This document shows, in pieces, positions 10,276 to 19,653 of a stretch of 58,219 nucleotides of DNA; positions within the stretch are counted from its first letter, which is position 1; each line of letters begins with the position of its first letter. Source of the stretch: Candidatus Erginobacter occultus (lineage in GTDB: Bacteria > Auribacterota > Erginobacteria > Erginobacterales > Erginobacteraceae); assembly GCA_030765265.1 (NCBI GenBank), contig JAVCCZ010000190.1, positions 1-58,219 on the forward strand, read 5' to 3'. The notes beneath the pieces are model-generated. The model saw only the letters and a program-made list of their open reading frames with translations, did no database searches and was not told where the DNA came from. The translations under genes and the position numbers were made by a program.

Positions 10276-10461
10276 ATGAAAGCCATCGTAGATCAGGAAA
10301 CCTGCACCGGCTGCGGACTTTGCGCCGATACTTGCCCGGAAGTCTTCAAGATGGAAGGCGATACCGCGGTGGCTTACGCCGACCCCGTCCCCGAGGGGGC
10401 GCAAGAGGACTGCCGACAGGCGGCCGAGGGTTGCCCGGTTGACGCGATTAAGGTGGAATAA
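10276..10461 (+). CDS. Single-cluster [4Fe-4S]/[3Fe-4S] ferredoxin
   Basis: CTGCGLC..CPEVF and distal CPVDAI; 61 aa with an RBS. Confidence 0.92.
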   Translation: MKAIVDQETCTGCGLCADTCPEVFKMEGDTAVAYADPVPEGAQEDCRQAAEGCPVDAIKVE

Positions 10462-10503
10462 CCCACCGAGGTCCGCGCCGCTTGGTACTTTGAGGAGAAG
10501 AAT

Positions 10504-10731
10504 ATCCCCTACGAGAAGAATTCCCAGCTCCCGGGGGGAGTGAAAGACAATCTCCCCGGCCCGGCCCAGGATATCTACCGGGAAGCTTACAACAGCGCCT
10601 GGGAGGAATATTCCGATCCGGAAGACCGCCGGGGGGACGCCTCCCGGGAAGAGACCGCCCACCGGGTGGCCTGGGCGGCGGTAAAGAATAAATACGAAAA
10701 GAAAGACGACCGCTGGACGGAGAAGGATTGA
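10504..10731 (+). CDS. chaB: ChaB-family protein (apparent ATC start; annotated GTG start at 10540)
   Basis: (M)PYEKNSQLP..VKDNLP..AQDIYREAYNSAW..EETAHRVAWAAVKNKYEK matches the ChaB pattern. Confidence 0.88.
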   Translation: MPYEKNSQLPGGVKDNLPGPAQDIYREAYNSAWEEYSDPEDRRGDASREETAHRVAWAAVKNKYEKKDDRWTEKD

Positions 10732-10789
10732 AAAGTTGGAAATAACCAAAGTTCAGCAAGAACTAACCATCAGGAAAGGGAGAAAGGAT

Positions 10790-11815
10790 ATGGATTTGAG
10801 TGATGCAGCGGCGGCGACCGCCAATCAGCTGGTGGCGGAAGGGAAGGGAATCCTCGCCGCCGACGAAAGTTCCCCGACGATCAAGAAGCGGTTCGACTCC
10901 ATCGACGTCGAATCGACCGAAGAGAACCGGAGAGATTACCGGGAGCTGCTTTTCTCCGCGCCGGGGATCGAGGAGTTCATCAGCGGTGTGATCCTTTTCG
11001 ACGAGACCATCCGGCAGAAGTCCGATGACGGCACCCCGCTCCCCGAACTCCTCAACCGGCGGGGGATCATCCCCGGGATCAAGGTCGACCAGGGCAAGAT
11101 CGACCTGACCTATTTCCCCGGGGAGAAGATCACCGAGGGTCTCGACGGCCTCGGCGAACGGCTGGAGGAGTACCGGATCCTGGGGGCGCGGTTCACCAAG
11201 TGGCGGGCGGTGATCACGATCATCGGCGAGACCATCCCCTCCCGGGCCTGTATCGAGGCCAACGCCGCCGCCCTGGCCCGGTATGCCGCCCTCAGCCAGG
11301 AGGCGGGACTGACCCCGATCGTGGAGCCGGAAGTCTTGATGGACGGTAAACATACCATCGAGCGCTGCGAGGAAGTTACCCTGGCCGCCCTGGACGCCGT
11401 CTTCAGCCGGCTGCGGGAGCACCGGGTTTCGCTGGAAGGGATCCTTTTGAAACCGAATATGGTCCTCCCCGGCAAGGACTGTCCCCAGCAAATCGGACCG
11501 GAAGGGGTGGCGGCGGCCACCATCCGGACTTTCCGGGCGGTGGTCCCGGCGGCGGTCGGCGGCATCGTCTTCCTCTCCGGGGGGCAATCTCCCGAGGAGG
11601 CGACCGCGAACCTTGACGCCCTCAACCGGGCCGGACCCCAGCCCTGGGAGTTGAGTTTCTCTTTTGGCCGGGCGCTCCAGCAACCGGTGCTGGCGGCCTG
11701 GAAGGGCGAAGCGGGGAATGCCGAGGCCGCCCAGGAGGCCCTTTGCCGGCGGGCCGAACTCAATTCGCTGGCCCGGCGAGGCGACTACAACAGAGATATG
11801 GAGACAGGTTCCTGA
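10790..11815 (+). CDS. Class I fructose-bisphosphate aldolase
   Basis: GKGILAADES, GIKVDQG, KWRAVI, PIVEPEV, LLKPNM (Schiff-base Lys), FLSGGQ and SFSFGRALQ. Confidence 0.95.
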   Translation: MDLSDAAAATANQLVAEGKGILAADESSPTIKKRFDSIDVESTEENRRDYRELLFSAPGIEEFISGVILFDETIRQKSDDGTPLPELLNRRGIIPGIKVDQGKIDLTYFPGEKITEGLDGLGERLEEYRILGARFTKWRAVITIIGETIPSRACIEANAAALARYAALSQEAGLTPIVEPEVLMDGKHTIERCEEVTLAALDAVFSRLREHRVSLEGILLKPNMVLPGKDCPQQIGPEGVAAATIRTFRAVVPAAVGGIVFLSGGQSPEEATANLDALNRAGPQPWELSFSFGRALQQPVLAAWKGEAGNAEAAQEALCRRAELNSLARRGDYNRDMETGS

Positions 11816-11913
11816 TCCGGAGCCGAGTCGAGTAAAGCAACCACCCCTCCGGAAAAGGAGGGAGAAACCTCGATCGGCCAAGCTGTCGATCGAAGATTGC
11901 CAAGGAGGAGATT

Positions 11914-12075
11914 ATGCTCAGGTGGGCGTTGATATTTTTCATCATTTCAGTGGTGGCCGCGCTCTTCGGTTTTACCGGGATCTCCGCCGCGGCGGGGGGG
12001 GTCGCCCGGATCCTCTTCTTTATCTTTGTGGTGGTTTTCCTGGTATTTCTCCTCTTCGGTCTTTTCGCGGCCTGA
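11914..12075 (+). CDS. DUF1328/YtjA-like small membrane protein (53 aa, absent from the ORF track)
   Basis: Hand translation [53 protein letters not shown], with a strong GGAGGAG RBS. Confidence 0.9.
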   Translation: MLRWALIFFIISVVAALFGFTGISAAAGGVARILFFIFVVVFLVFLLFGLFAA

Positions 12076-12197
12076 ACGAGGAGGACCCGGCGAGAAGTTC
12101 ACCGGGAATTTCCCGGTTTCAGACCGGGGCCCGGCGCAATAACAGTCTCCGGGACGGAAACAGTCCGTCCCGGCGAGATAACCTGCAACAGGAGGGT

Positions 12198-12911
12198 ATG
12201 ATGAAAAAAGTATTGATGGTGTTGATGGTGTCCGGACTGCTGGGGGCCGTAGCCATTGCCCCGGCCGTCGCCAGTGAATGCGGCGCCAAGACCGGCTATG
12301 AAAAAAAGGCCCGGGAGATGAGCGAAGATTTCCAGGGCAAGATCGCCCAGCTCAGGGAAGAGGCCAAGGAATTAAGCGGCGATGCCCGGGACGAAGTCAA
12401 GGCCAAGATCGACCGGGCCCAGAAAGAATGGGACCGGGCTTCCCAGGACTACGGCCGGATGAAGGACGAGAAGGATTCCGGCGTGGCCGAGGAAGCTTGG
12501 GAGAAGATGAAATCGGCCGCCTCCTCCGCCTCCGACTCGGCCGAGCAGGCCTATAACGACGCGGCCGTTTACCTGGGACTGAAATCCAGCCAGACGGACG
12601 CGGAAGCGAAGGCCAAGCTGGAGAAACGGATCGACGATTATATGGACGGTTTCAAGAAGAAACTCCAGGCCGCCCGGGAAAAGGCGAAAGACCTGCCCGA
12701 GGATAGCCGGGCCGAGGGGAAGAAGCTGGTGGATACCCTCCGGGAGAAGTGGAGCCAGGCGGAGAAGGAGTTGGCCCGGATGAAAGACAAAGGCTCCGAA
12801 GCCGGCGAAGAAGCCTGGAAGGAGATCAAGTCGGGGATGAACTCCGCGATCGAGGAGTTGAACCAGGCGTATCAATCGGTGGAGGATTTCATCGACGGAG
12901 AGAGTTCCTGA
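12198..12911 (+). CDS. Exported coiled-coil protein with two ~85-aa helical repeats
   Basis: GGAGG RBS, signal peptide MMKKVLMVL..AVA, and repeats ending GVAEEAWEKMKS..EQAY and AGEEAWKEIKS..NQAY. Confidence 0.85.
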   Translation: MMKKVLMVLMVSGLLGAVAIAPAVASECGAKTGYEKKAREMSEDFQGKIAQLREEAKELSGDARDEVKAKIDRAQKEWDRASQDYGRMKDEKDSGVAEEAWEKMKSAASSASDSAEQAYNDAAVYLGLKSSQTDAEAKAKLEKRIDDYMDGFKKKLQAAREKAKDLPEDSRAEGKKLVDTLREKWSQAEKELARMKDKGSEAGEEAWKEIKSGMNSAIEELNQAYQSVEDFIDGESS

Positions 12912-13001
12912 TCTTTTACCCCACCCGGGCCGCTGGAGGTATGAGCCCCCGGCGGCCCGGGACGGGGTCAACCACAAACCGCAAAACAGAAAGGAGATAG
13001 T

Positions 13002-13286
13002 ATGAGCGTAAAGACAGCTTATCAGAAGAAGATGCGAGCCCAGCTGGACGAATGGAACGCCAAGATCGACGAACTCCAGGCCCGGGCCGACAAGAAGGCG
13101 GCGGAAGGCGAGATTGAAGTCTATCGCAACCTCGATCGTTTGAAAGCGAAGCGGGACGAGGTGAACTCGAAGATGAAGGAACTGGAAGCCGCCGGCGAAG
13201 GGAGCTGGGAGGGCTTGAAATCATCGGTGTCCGAGGCCGCCGACAAGTTCAAGAATAAGCTCGACGATCTTTTCGCCCGGGGCTGA
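13002..13286 (+). CDS. Cytoplasmic coiled-coil stress-type protein (single copy of the same helical repeat)
   Basis: AYQKKMRAQLDEWNAKIDEL..AAGEGSWEGLKS, with AAGGAG RBS. Confidence 0.85.
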   Translation: MSVKTAYQKKMRAQLDEWNAKIDELQARADKKAAEGEIEVYRNLDRLKAKRDEVNSKMKELEAAGEGSWEGLKSSVSEAADKFKNKLDDLFARG

Positions 13287-13326
13287 GACCCGGGCGGCCA
13301 ACGGCCAACGGCCAAGGAGGTGAATA

Positions 13327-14097
13327 ATGGATCGGGTAAAGGATAAGGTCGCCCTGGTGACCGGGGGCGGCAAAGGCATCGGGAAGTCCGCCTGCCTGCT
13401 GCTGGCCCGGGAAGGGGCGGCGGTGGCGGTAACCGACATCGACGAGGAAGCCGGCCGGGAAGTGGTCGAGGAGATCCGCCGGGAAGGGGGGAAGGCCGAG
13501 TTTTATCGGCTGGACGTCTCCTCGGAAGAAGAAGTAAAAGAGGTGATGGCCGCGGCGGCGGATAAATTCGGGAAGATAGATATCCTGGTCAACAACGCCG
13601 GGATCGCCGGGGTCAATAAACCGACCGACCAGATCCCGGCGGAAGAGTGGGATAAGGTGATCAAGGTCAATATCAACGGGGTGTTTTTCTGCACCAAGCA
13701 CGCCGTCCCCTACCTGAAAAAAGCCGGCGGCGGGAGCATCATCAACCTCTCCTCGATTTACGGGCTGGTCGGGGCTCCCGATCTCCCGGCCTACCACGCT
13801 TCCAAGGGGGCGGTGAGGCTGATGAGCAAGACCGACGCCCTGCTCTACGCCGGGGATAATATCCGGGTCAATTCCATCCACCCCGGATATATCTGGACGC
13901 CATTGGTGGAGGAACTGGGCGAGCAGTCGCCCGACGGTAAGGAAGCCTTCCGGCGCGCGCTCGATGCAAAGCATCCGATCGGCCACGTCGGAGAGCCCGA
14001 CGATATCGGCTACGGGGTCGTTTACCTGGCCTCCGACGAGGCGGCCTTTATCACCGGGAGCGAACTGGTGATCGACGGCGGCTATACCGCCCGCTGA
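13327..14097 (+). CDS. Short-chain dehydrogenase/reductase
   Basis: TGGGKGIG, NNAGI, YHASK, IRVNSIHPG and DGGY. Confidence 0.95.
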   Translation: MDRVKDKVALVTGGGKGIGKSACLLLAREGAAVAVTDIDEEAGREVVEEIRREGGKAEFYRLDVSSEEEVKEVMAAAADKFGKIDILVNNAGIAGVNKPTDQIPAEEWDKVIKVNINGVFFCTKHAVPYLKKAGGGSIINLSSIYGLVGAPDLPAYHASKGAVRLMSKTDALLYAGDNIRVNSIHPGYIWTPLVEELGEQSPDGKEAFRRALDAKHPIGHVGEPDDIGYGVVYLASDEAAFITGSELVIDGGYTAR

Positions 14098-14206
14098 TCC
14101 GGGGGACGGTAAGGCCGGCGATAAGCGTTGTCGGAATCTTTAAGCCGGCTGGAGAAGATCACCGAATTGATCGGGATGGAAGGTATCCGGCCCTGGAGGA
14201 ATTGAT

Positions 14207-14548
14207 ATGACCAAACTGCGCCTGCTCTCCCTGGAAGGACTGCTGGAGATGAAACTGAACGAGGAACCTTTCCAGCTGGTGGAGGTGCTTTCCGCCGATC
14301 TGTATCGCGGCCGCCACATCCCCGGGGCGATAAATCTCCCCCTGGAGGAGTTGGCCGAAACCGCTGGCTCCCGGCTGAAACCGGGGATGACCGTGGTGGT
14401 TTACTGCGGGAAGTATTCCTGTCCGGCCAGCACCAACGCGGCCCGGAAGCTCACTGAACTGGGGTTTCCCGATGTCCTCGATTTCAAGGCCGGCAAACAC
14501 GGCTGGGCCGCGGCCGGACTCGCCTTTGCCGGGAAGGAGGAAGCTTAA
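14207..14548 (+). CDS. Single-domain rhodanese-like protein
   Basis: HIPGAINLP and VVVYCGKYSC active-site loop. Confidence 0.85.
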   Translation: MTKLRLLSLEGLLEMKLNEEPFQLVEVLSADLYRGRHIPGAINLPLEELAETAGSRLKPGMTVVVYCGKYSCPASTNAARKLTELGFPDVLDFKAGKHGWAAAGLAFAGKEEA

Positions 14549-14611
14549 GCCGTCCCTCCTTCCAGCCTGCATAGACGCCGGATTCCGAACTTTTTTCGCC
14601 GATAACCGGGG

Positions 14612-14728
14612 TTATTCCTGGAGGACCATCGGCTGGTCGCAACAGACCAGGGTGCCCTCGCCGGTCTCGATGACTTTAACCACGTTGCCGCAGATTTCAC
14701 ATTTGTAAACTTCGCCCTGGGCGGTCAT
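14612..14728 (-). CDS. Stand-alone desulforedoxin (38 aa, absent from the ORF track)
   Basis: Hand translation [38 protein letters not shown] shows the CxxC...CC iron site; GGAGG RBS upstream. Confidence 0.9.
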   Translation of the reverse strand: MTAQGEVYKCEICGNVVKVIETGEGTLVCCDQPMVLQE

Positions 14729-14927
14729 TCATTGCCTCCGTATGGTCGGGCCGGAAAAGCTTCCGGCGGTTTAAGGATACAGGGCCATCATCGCATCCCG
14801 CCATCCCCCACCGCCAGTGGCCCCATCCCCTTTTTCCTGACTTTAGTCCACCCGAAAAAAAGAGCGGTTGCTTGATTAAATACATCACCATATTTACGAA
14901 CCAGAGCACTTAGAGATAGAACTAATT

Positions 14928-15129
14928 GTAACACTTTAGCTCTATAAAAGTCTCTACTGTTTTATAAGCCTGCAATTGTCATTGCGAGGAGCCGAAGGCG
15001 ACGAAGCAATCTCTTTACCCGAAACAGGTTGAGATGGCTTCTCCGTCTTCTGTCTAAAGCCGGATAAAAAAGCCGGATCGCAATGACAATCAATGGCGGT
15101 ACAGATAGCAGCGGTTATTTTAAAGCGCT
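14928..15129 (+). mobile_element. MITE-like palindromic repeat, full copy B
   Basis: Same left end, core and right end as 4765-4986, with fewer internal microrepeat units. Confidence 0.8.
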
Positions 15130-15400
15130 CAAGTATTACGAGTTTTTAAAATTTCCCATCTTCCCCCGGCAATATTCCAGTGGCGGTATCGCTTTTTTCC
15201 TGTTTTATTTCTACCTACGGACCAGCCGTCCTGGCCGGCGCCGCCGCGGCGGCCGCGCTCATATATCGACTTTCTCATTCAATTTCGAATCGGAGGAGAA
15301 TAAAGTCAACAAAAAGGGGAACGGGACTATCGACGCCAATCCGAGAATAAGAGATATTTAAACCCGTTAAGTTTTCATTAAAAAAGGAGGGTGATACTTG

Positions 15401-16771
15401 ATGTTTCTGAAGAAAATCAAATCGGAAGGATTGGCCCATCTGTCCTATATGATCGGTGATGACAATGTTGCCGCGGTTATCGATCCGCGGCGGGATTGTG
15501 AAATTTATAGAGAGATCGCGGAGAGGGAAGGAGTGCGGATTACCCGGATCTTTGAAACCCATCGCAATGAAGATTACGTCATCGGCTCTTCGGATCTGGC
15601 CGCCCGGACCGGGGCGAGCATCCACCACGGAAGCGCGCTGGACTTCAAATACGGAGAAGGGGTCGGGGAAGGGGATGTCTTCGATATCGGCGATCTGCAA
15701 TTAAAAATACTGGAGACGCCGGGCCACACTATGGAGAGCATCTCAATCGTGATAACGGACCGCAATTTCGGAGACACTCCGGTCGGCGTATTTACCGGCG
15801 ACGCGCTCTTCATCGGCGACGTGGGACGGACCGATTTCTACCCCGACCGGGCCCGGGAAGTAGCCGGGATGCTCTATGACAGCATCTTTGATAAGCTCTT
15901 GCCCCTGGGCGATCAGGCCATCCTCTATCCCGCCCACGGCGCGGGCTCCGTCTGCGGAGACAGTATGGCGTCCCGGGAGTTTTCCACGATCGGTCACGAA
16001 AGACGGCACAATCCGGCGTTGAGGAAGACCGACCGCGAGGCCTTCATCGATTATAAGGTGGAGGAGCATCACTACCAGCCGAAGTATTTCCGCTTGATGG
16101 AGGATTACAACCTCAATGGATCGCCCCCCCTGGATATAATTCCCCGGCCCCGCCCCCTGAAACCGGCCGAGGCCGAAGCGGCGGTCAAGAACGGAGCGAT
16201 CCTTATTGACCTGCGGAGTCCGGAAGCGTTTGCCGGCGCCTTTATCCCCGGCAGCCTGGCTATCCCGCTGGACCTGCTTTCGGCCTATATCGGCTACCTG
16301 CTGGATTGTGACCGGGAACTGATTTTGATCCCGGAGACGCGCGAACAGGTCCCGACGGCGGTGCGCCATCTTAGCCGCATCGGATATGACCGGGTCTCGG
16401 GCTACCTCAAGGATGGGTTGCATTCCTGGGAGGTCAGCGGACGTTCCTATGATCAGATCGGAGCCGTCCACGCCGGCGATCTTAACGATCGTCTCAAGAG
16501 CGGTGACGAATTTACCCTGCTCGATGTCCGGAAAATTACGGAATTCGAAGATTCCCATCTCGAAGGCGCCACCCATATCTTCCTGGGCGAGCTGCCGGAT
16601 CGCGTCGATGAGATCGTCCGGGACAAACCCGTCGTTACCTTCTGCGGCAGCGGCGAGAGAGCGATCATCGCCGCTTCAATTCTGAAACGAAACGGCTTCG
16701 AAATGGTTGAAGACAGCCTGGGTTCGATGGAAGCCTGCGAAAATACCGGCTGCACCCTGATTAAGGGATGA
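15401..16771 (+). CDS. MBL-fold hydrolase fused to two rhodanese domains (CstB/persulfide dioxygenase-like)
   Basis: ETHRNEDY, TPGHT, FTGDALFIGDVGRTD, PAHGAGSVCG and C-terminal FCGSGER. Confidence 0.88.
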   Translation: MFLKKIKSEGLAHLSYMIGDDNVAAVIDPRRDCEIYREIAEREGVRITRIFETHRNEDYVIGSSDLAARTGASIHHGSALDFKYGEGVGEGDVFDIGDLQLKILETPGHTMESISIVITDRNFGDTPVGVFTGDALFIGDVGRTDFYPDRAREVAGMLYDSIFDKLLPLGDQAILYPAHGAGSVCGDSMASREFSTIGHERRHNPALRKTDREAFIDYKVEEHHYQPKYFRLMEDYNLNGSPPLDIIPRPRPLKPAEAEAAVKNGAILIDLRSPEAFAGAFIPGSLAIPLDLLSAYIGYLLDCDRELILIPETREQVPTAVRHLSRIGYDRVSGYLKDGLHSWEVSGRSYDQIGAVHAGDLNDRLKSGDEFTLLDVRKITEFEDSHLEGATHIFLGELPDRVDEIVRDKPVVTFCGSGERAIIAASILKRNGFEMVEDSLGSMEACENTGCTLIKG

Positions 16772-16781
16772 GGCGGATTAA

Positions 16782-17309
16782 ATGGCCCCGGTGCTCAACA
16801 TTATCACGGCTTCAGCCTGGTCGCCCTACCTGGTCGGGGTAGGGATCGGTATTCTCTCCTGGCTGACATTTCTCCTCTCGAATCATCCCCTGGGAGTCTC
16901 GACGGCTTTCGCCAAGACCGCCGGGATGATCGAAAAGAAACTCCGCGGTCCCCGGGTCGCCGCCAAGCCTTACTACCGGGAGCACAAGCCCGCTATTGAT
17001 TGGGAATGGATGCTGGTGCTGGGCCTCTTCATCGGCGCGTTGGCGGCGGCGGCTATGTCGGAATCTATCCGCTGGGAGTTGGTTCCATCGATGTGGGAGG
17101 CCTCCTTCGGCTCCAATGTCGTTATCCGCTTCAGCGCGGCGATATTCGGCGGCATCTGTGTCGGTTTCGGGGCGCGGTGGGGATGCGGATGCACCAGCGG
17201 ACACGGGATCAGCGGGACATTACAGCTGGTTCTGAGTAGCTGGCTGTCGGCGATCTGCTTTTTCCTCGGCGGCATTGTGACGGCAACTGTAATTTATAGA
17301 ATCCTTTAA
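16782..17309 (+). CDS. YeeE/YedE-family sulfur-compound transporter half
   Basis: WSPYLVG, PLGVST and GFGARWGCGCTSGHGISG. Confidence 0.9.
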   Translation: MAPVLNIITASAWSPYLVGVGIGILSWLTFLLSNHPLGVSTAFAKTAGMIEKKLRGPRVAAKPYYREHKPAIDWEWMLVLGLFIGALAAAAMSESIRWELVPSMWEASFGSNVVIRFSAAIFGGICVGFGARWGCGCTSGHGISGTLQLVLSSWLSAICFFLGGIVTATVIYRIL

Positions 17310-17334
17310 CCCGCATCAATCACTGCAGAGTGAG

Positions 17335-17904
17335 ATGACTGAACTCAAGTTCCACAACCTCCATAACCGGAAATATCTCCAGTATGGTCTCGCCCTGATC
17401 TTTGGTTTCGTCTTCGGATTTCTTCTGCAGAAAGGACGAGTCTGCTATTACGATGTCATCCTCGGGCAGCTGCTCCTGGAGGATTTTACCGTATTGAAGG
17501 TGATGTTGAGCGCGATCGTAACCGGTATGATCGGGATATACGCGATGAAAGCGGCGGGCTGGGTCAAACTTCACAAGAAATCCGGCTCCCTGGGAACCAG
17601 CCTCCCCGGCCCGCTGATCTTCGGAGTCGGATTCGGGATTCTGGGCTACTGTCCCGGGACATCGGTGGGAGCGGTCGCCCACGGGTCTCTCGACGCCCTG
17701 ATCGGCGGGGTTTTCGGGATTACGGTCGGGGCCGGTCTCTATGCCGCCGTCTATCCCCGCCTGGAAAAGGTACTGGAAATCGGATCTTTCGGCGACAGAA
17801 CCCTGATCGATCTCTTCCGGGCCCGCAACCCCTGGTTGCTGATCGTACCGTTCGCGGCCCTGATAATCCTGGGCCTTATCCTGATCGAGATTATGGGTCT
17901 CTAA
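17335..17904 (+). CDS. YeeE/YedE-family sulfur-compound transporter half
   Basis: FGFLLQKG, DFTVLKVM and IFGVGFGILGYCPGT. Confidence 0.9.
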   Translation: MTELKFHNLHNRKYLQYGLALIFGFVFGFLLQKGRVCYYDVILGQLLLEDFTVLKVMLSAIVTGMIGIYAMKAAGWVKLHKKSGSLGTSLPGPLIFGVGFGILGYCPGTSVGAVAHGSLDALIGGVFGITVGAGLYAAVYPRLEKVLEIGSFGDRTLIDLFRARNPWLLIVPFAALIILGLILIEIMGL

Positions 17905-17997
17905 ACGCCCGGCTTCTTATCTCAACTGCTCCGCGTTTATTTCCCGGGAGCGTCGGATTGTCTTCGACTTCATTAACTGAGTGATTACGTTTAGAAA

Positions 17998-19410
17998 ATG
18001 AAAGAGCGAAAAGTTAAAGTAGCGGTGATCGGCGCCGGCACCGCCGGTCTATCGGCCTTCAGAGAAGCCCTGGGCGAAAATCCGAATTGCGTTCTGATCA
18101 ACGGCGGACCCTACGGCACCACCTGCGCCCGGGTGGGGTGTATGCCCTCCAAGGTATTTATCCAGGCGGCCAATGATTATTATCATCGCCGGGATTTTGC
18201 GAAAAAGGGGATCAGGAACAGCGACCGACTCTCGCTCGACCGAAGGGAACTGTTGAAATATGTCCGTTCCTTGCGGGATTATTTTGTCTCCGGGGTTCTC
18301 AAGTCGATCGAGCAGCTGGGCGATAAAAATATTCCTGGTTTTGCGCGTTTTGTCGAGCCGAATGTTCTGGAATTCGAGGACCAGAAGATCATCGCCGAGG
18401 CGGTGGTCATTGCGACGGGATCCTCCCCGGTAGTGCCCAAACCCTGGCGCGATTACGGCGATCGGGTGATTACCACCGACGATATCTTTGAGGAAGAGAC
18501 GCTGAATGACGATATGGCGGTGATCGGCGGCGGGGTGATCGGCCTGGAATTGGGCCAGGCCCTGAGCCGGATGGGGATAAATATCGAGATGGTGGAAGGG
18601 AGTGAAAATATCGGCGGCCTGACCGACCCGGCGGTGAACCGGTACGCCGTCGAAACGCTCCGGGAAGAATTCAATCTCTCCCTGGGCCAGTCGGCGGAAC
18701 TTGCCCTGAAGGGAGATCAACTGGAATTATGCCGGAACGGGGATAGACAAAAATTTGACAAAGCCTTGATCGCCGTGGGGAGGAGCCCGAATATCTCGAG
18801 GTTGGAACTGGATAAGATCGGGGTTCCCTTGGATGAAAAGGGGAGACCGGAAGTGGATTACAGCACGATGCAAATCAAAGATATGCCGATCTTCATCGCC
18901 GGCGATGTCAATGGTTACCGGCCATTCCTTCACGAGGTGGCGGACGAAGGAAGAATCGCCGGATACAACGCGGTCCGAAACGACAACCGTTGTTTTAAAA
19001 GACGAACGCCGCTGACCATCGCGTTTACCGGTCCCCAGATTGTTATGGCCGGAAAGCAATACCGGGAGATCGAGGAAGTTCCCCACATCATCGGGGAAGC
19101 GAACTTCGAGAGCCAGGGGCGGGCGCGGATTATGGGTGAAAACCGGGGTATCCTCCGGATCTATGCCGAGCCCCGCCGCGGGAAGCTTCTGGGCGCCGAG
19201 ATGATGGCCCCGGAAGGGGAGTATATCGGTCATCTGCTGGCCTGGTCCATTCAACAGGGATTGACGGCCTTTGAAGTTCTCAATATGCCGTTTTACCATC
19301 CCACCGTCGTGGAAGGATTGAGAACGGCGATCAGGGATGTTGTCGCCCAAGTAGAGAGTCCGCGGCCGGAGACGGAACTGGCGCCCTGCGGCGGTTTGCC
19401 GGTGGAGTAA
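17998..19410 (+). CDS. Dihydrolipoamide dehydrogenase-like pyridine nucleotide-disulfide oxidoreductase
   Basis: GAGTAG, GTTCARVGCMPSK redox disulfide, GGGVIGLE, IAGD and FYHPTVVEG. Confidence 0.88.
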   Translation: MKERKVKVAVIGAGTAGLSAFREALGENPNCVLINGGPYGTTCARVGCMPSKVFIQAANDYYHRRDFAKKGIRNSDRLSLDRRELLKYVRSLRDYFVSGVLKSIEQLGDKNIPGFARFVEPNVLEFEDQKIIAEAVVIATGSSPVVPKPWRDYGDRVITTDDIFEEETLNDDMAVIGGGVIGLELGQALSRMGINIEMVEGSENIGGLTDPAVNRYAVETLREEFNLSLGQSAELALKGDQLELCRNGDRQKFDKALIAVGRSPNISRLELDKIGVPLDEKGRPEVDYSTMQIKDMPIFIAGDVNGYRPFLHEVADEGRIAGYNAVRNDNRCFKRRTPLTIAFTGPQIVMAGKQYREIEEVPHIIGEANFESQGRARIMGENRGILRIYAEPRRGKLLGAEMMAPEGEYIGHLLAWSIQQGLTAFEVLNMPFYHPTVVEGLRTAIRDVVAQVESPRPETELAPCGGLPVE

Positions 19411-19653
19411 GGGATGGATCTTATCCGCGAACTCTTGGGAAAAGATGAGAGGTAAAAAATATGCCGGATAACAAATTTAAAATTCGGATTCGCTTCTTGG
19501 TCAATAGGATCAAGGAACGCCTCTGGGTCAAACCCCTGGCGATCTCCCTCCTCTGCCTTCAGTATGTTCGCCCCCTCCTCACCGGTGGTGAGCCGCAACC
19601 ATTCTATGATGCTTGACCGCACATCGTCGTTATCGGTCAGAAAGCCCACCGCG

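Noticed and set aside
11664-12197. N-terminal extension of the 415-aa ORF
   Set aside because: It overlaps the aldolase and DUF1328 genes; the real start with RBS and signal peptide is at 12198. The same reasoning applies to the extensions at 2876, 26849, 30398 and 40883.
13294-13317. GGCCAAC x3 microrepeat before the SDR RBS
   Set aside because: It is short, occurs at a single locus and has no evident function.
15083-15361. Small ORFs reading through repeat elements (57-269, 4592-4846, 15083-15361, 43845-44135, 46839-47051, 53952-54323)
   Set aside because: They are translations of palindromic or microsatellite repeats (LLAMT, IAIGIAIG), not genes.
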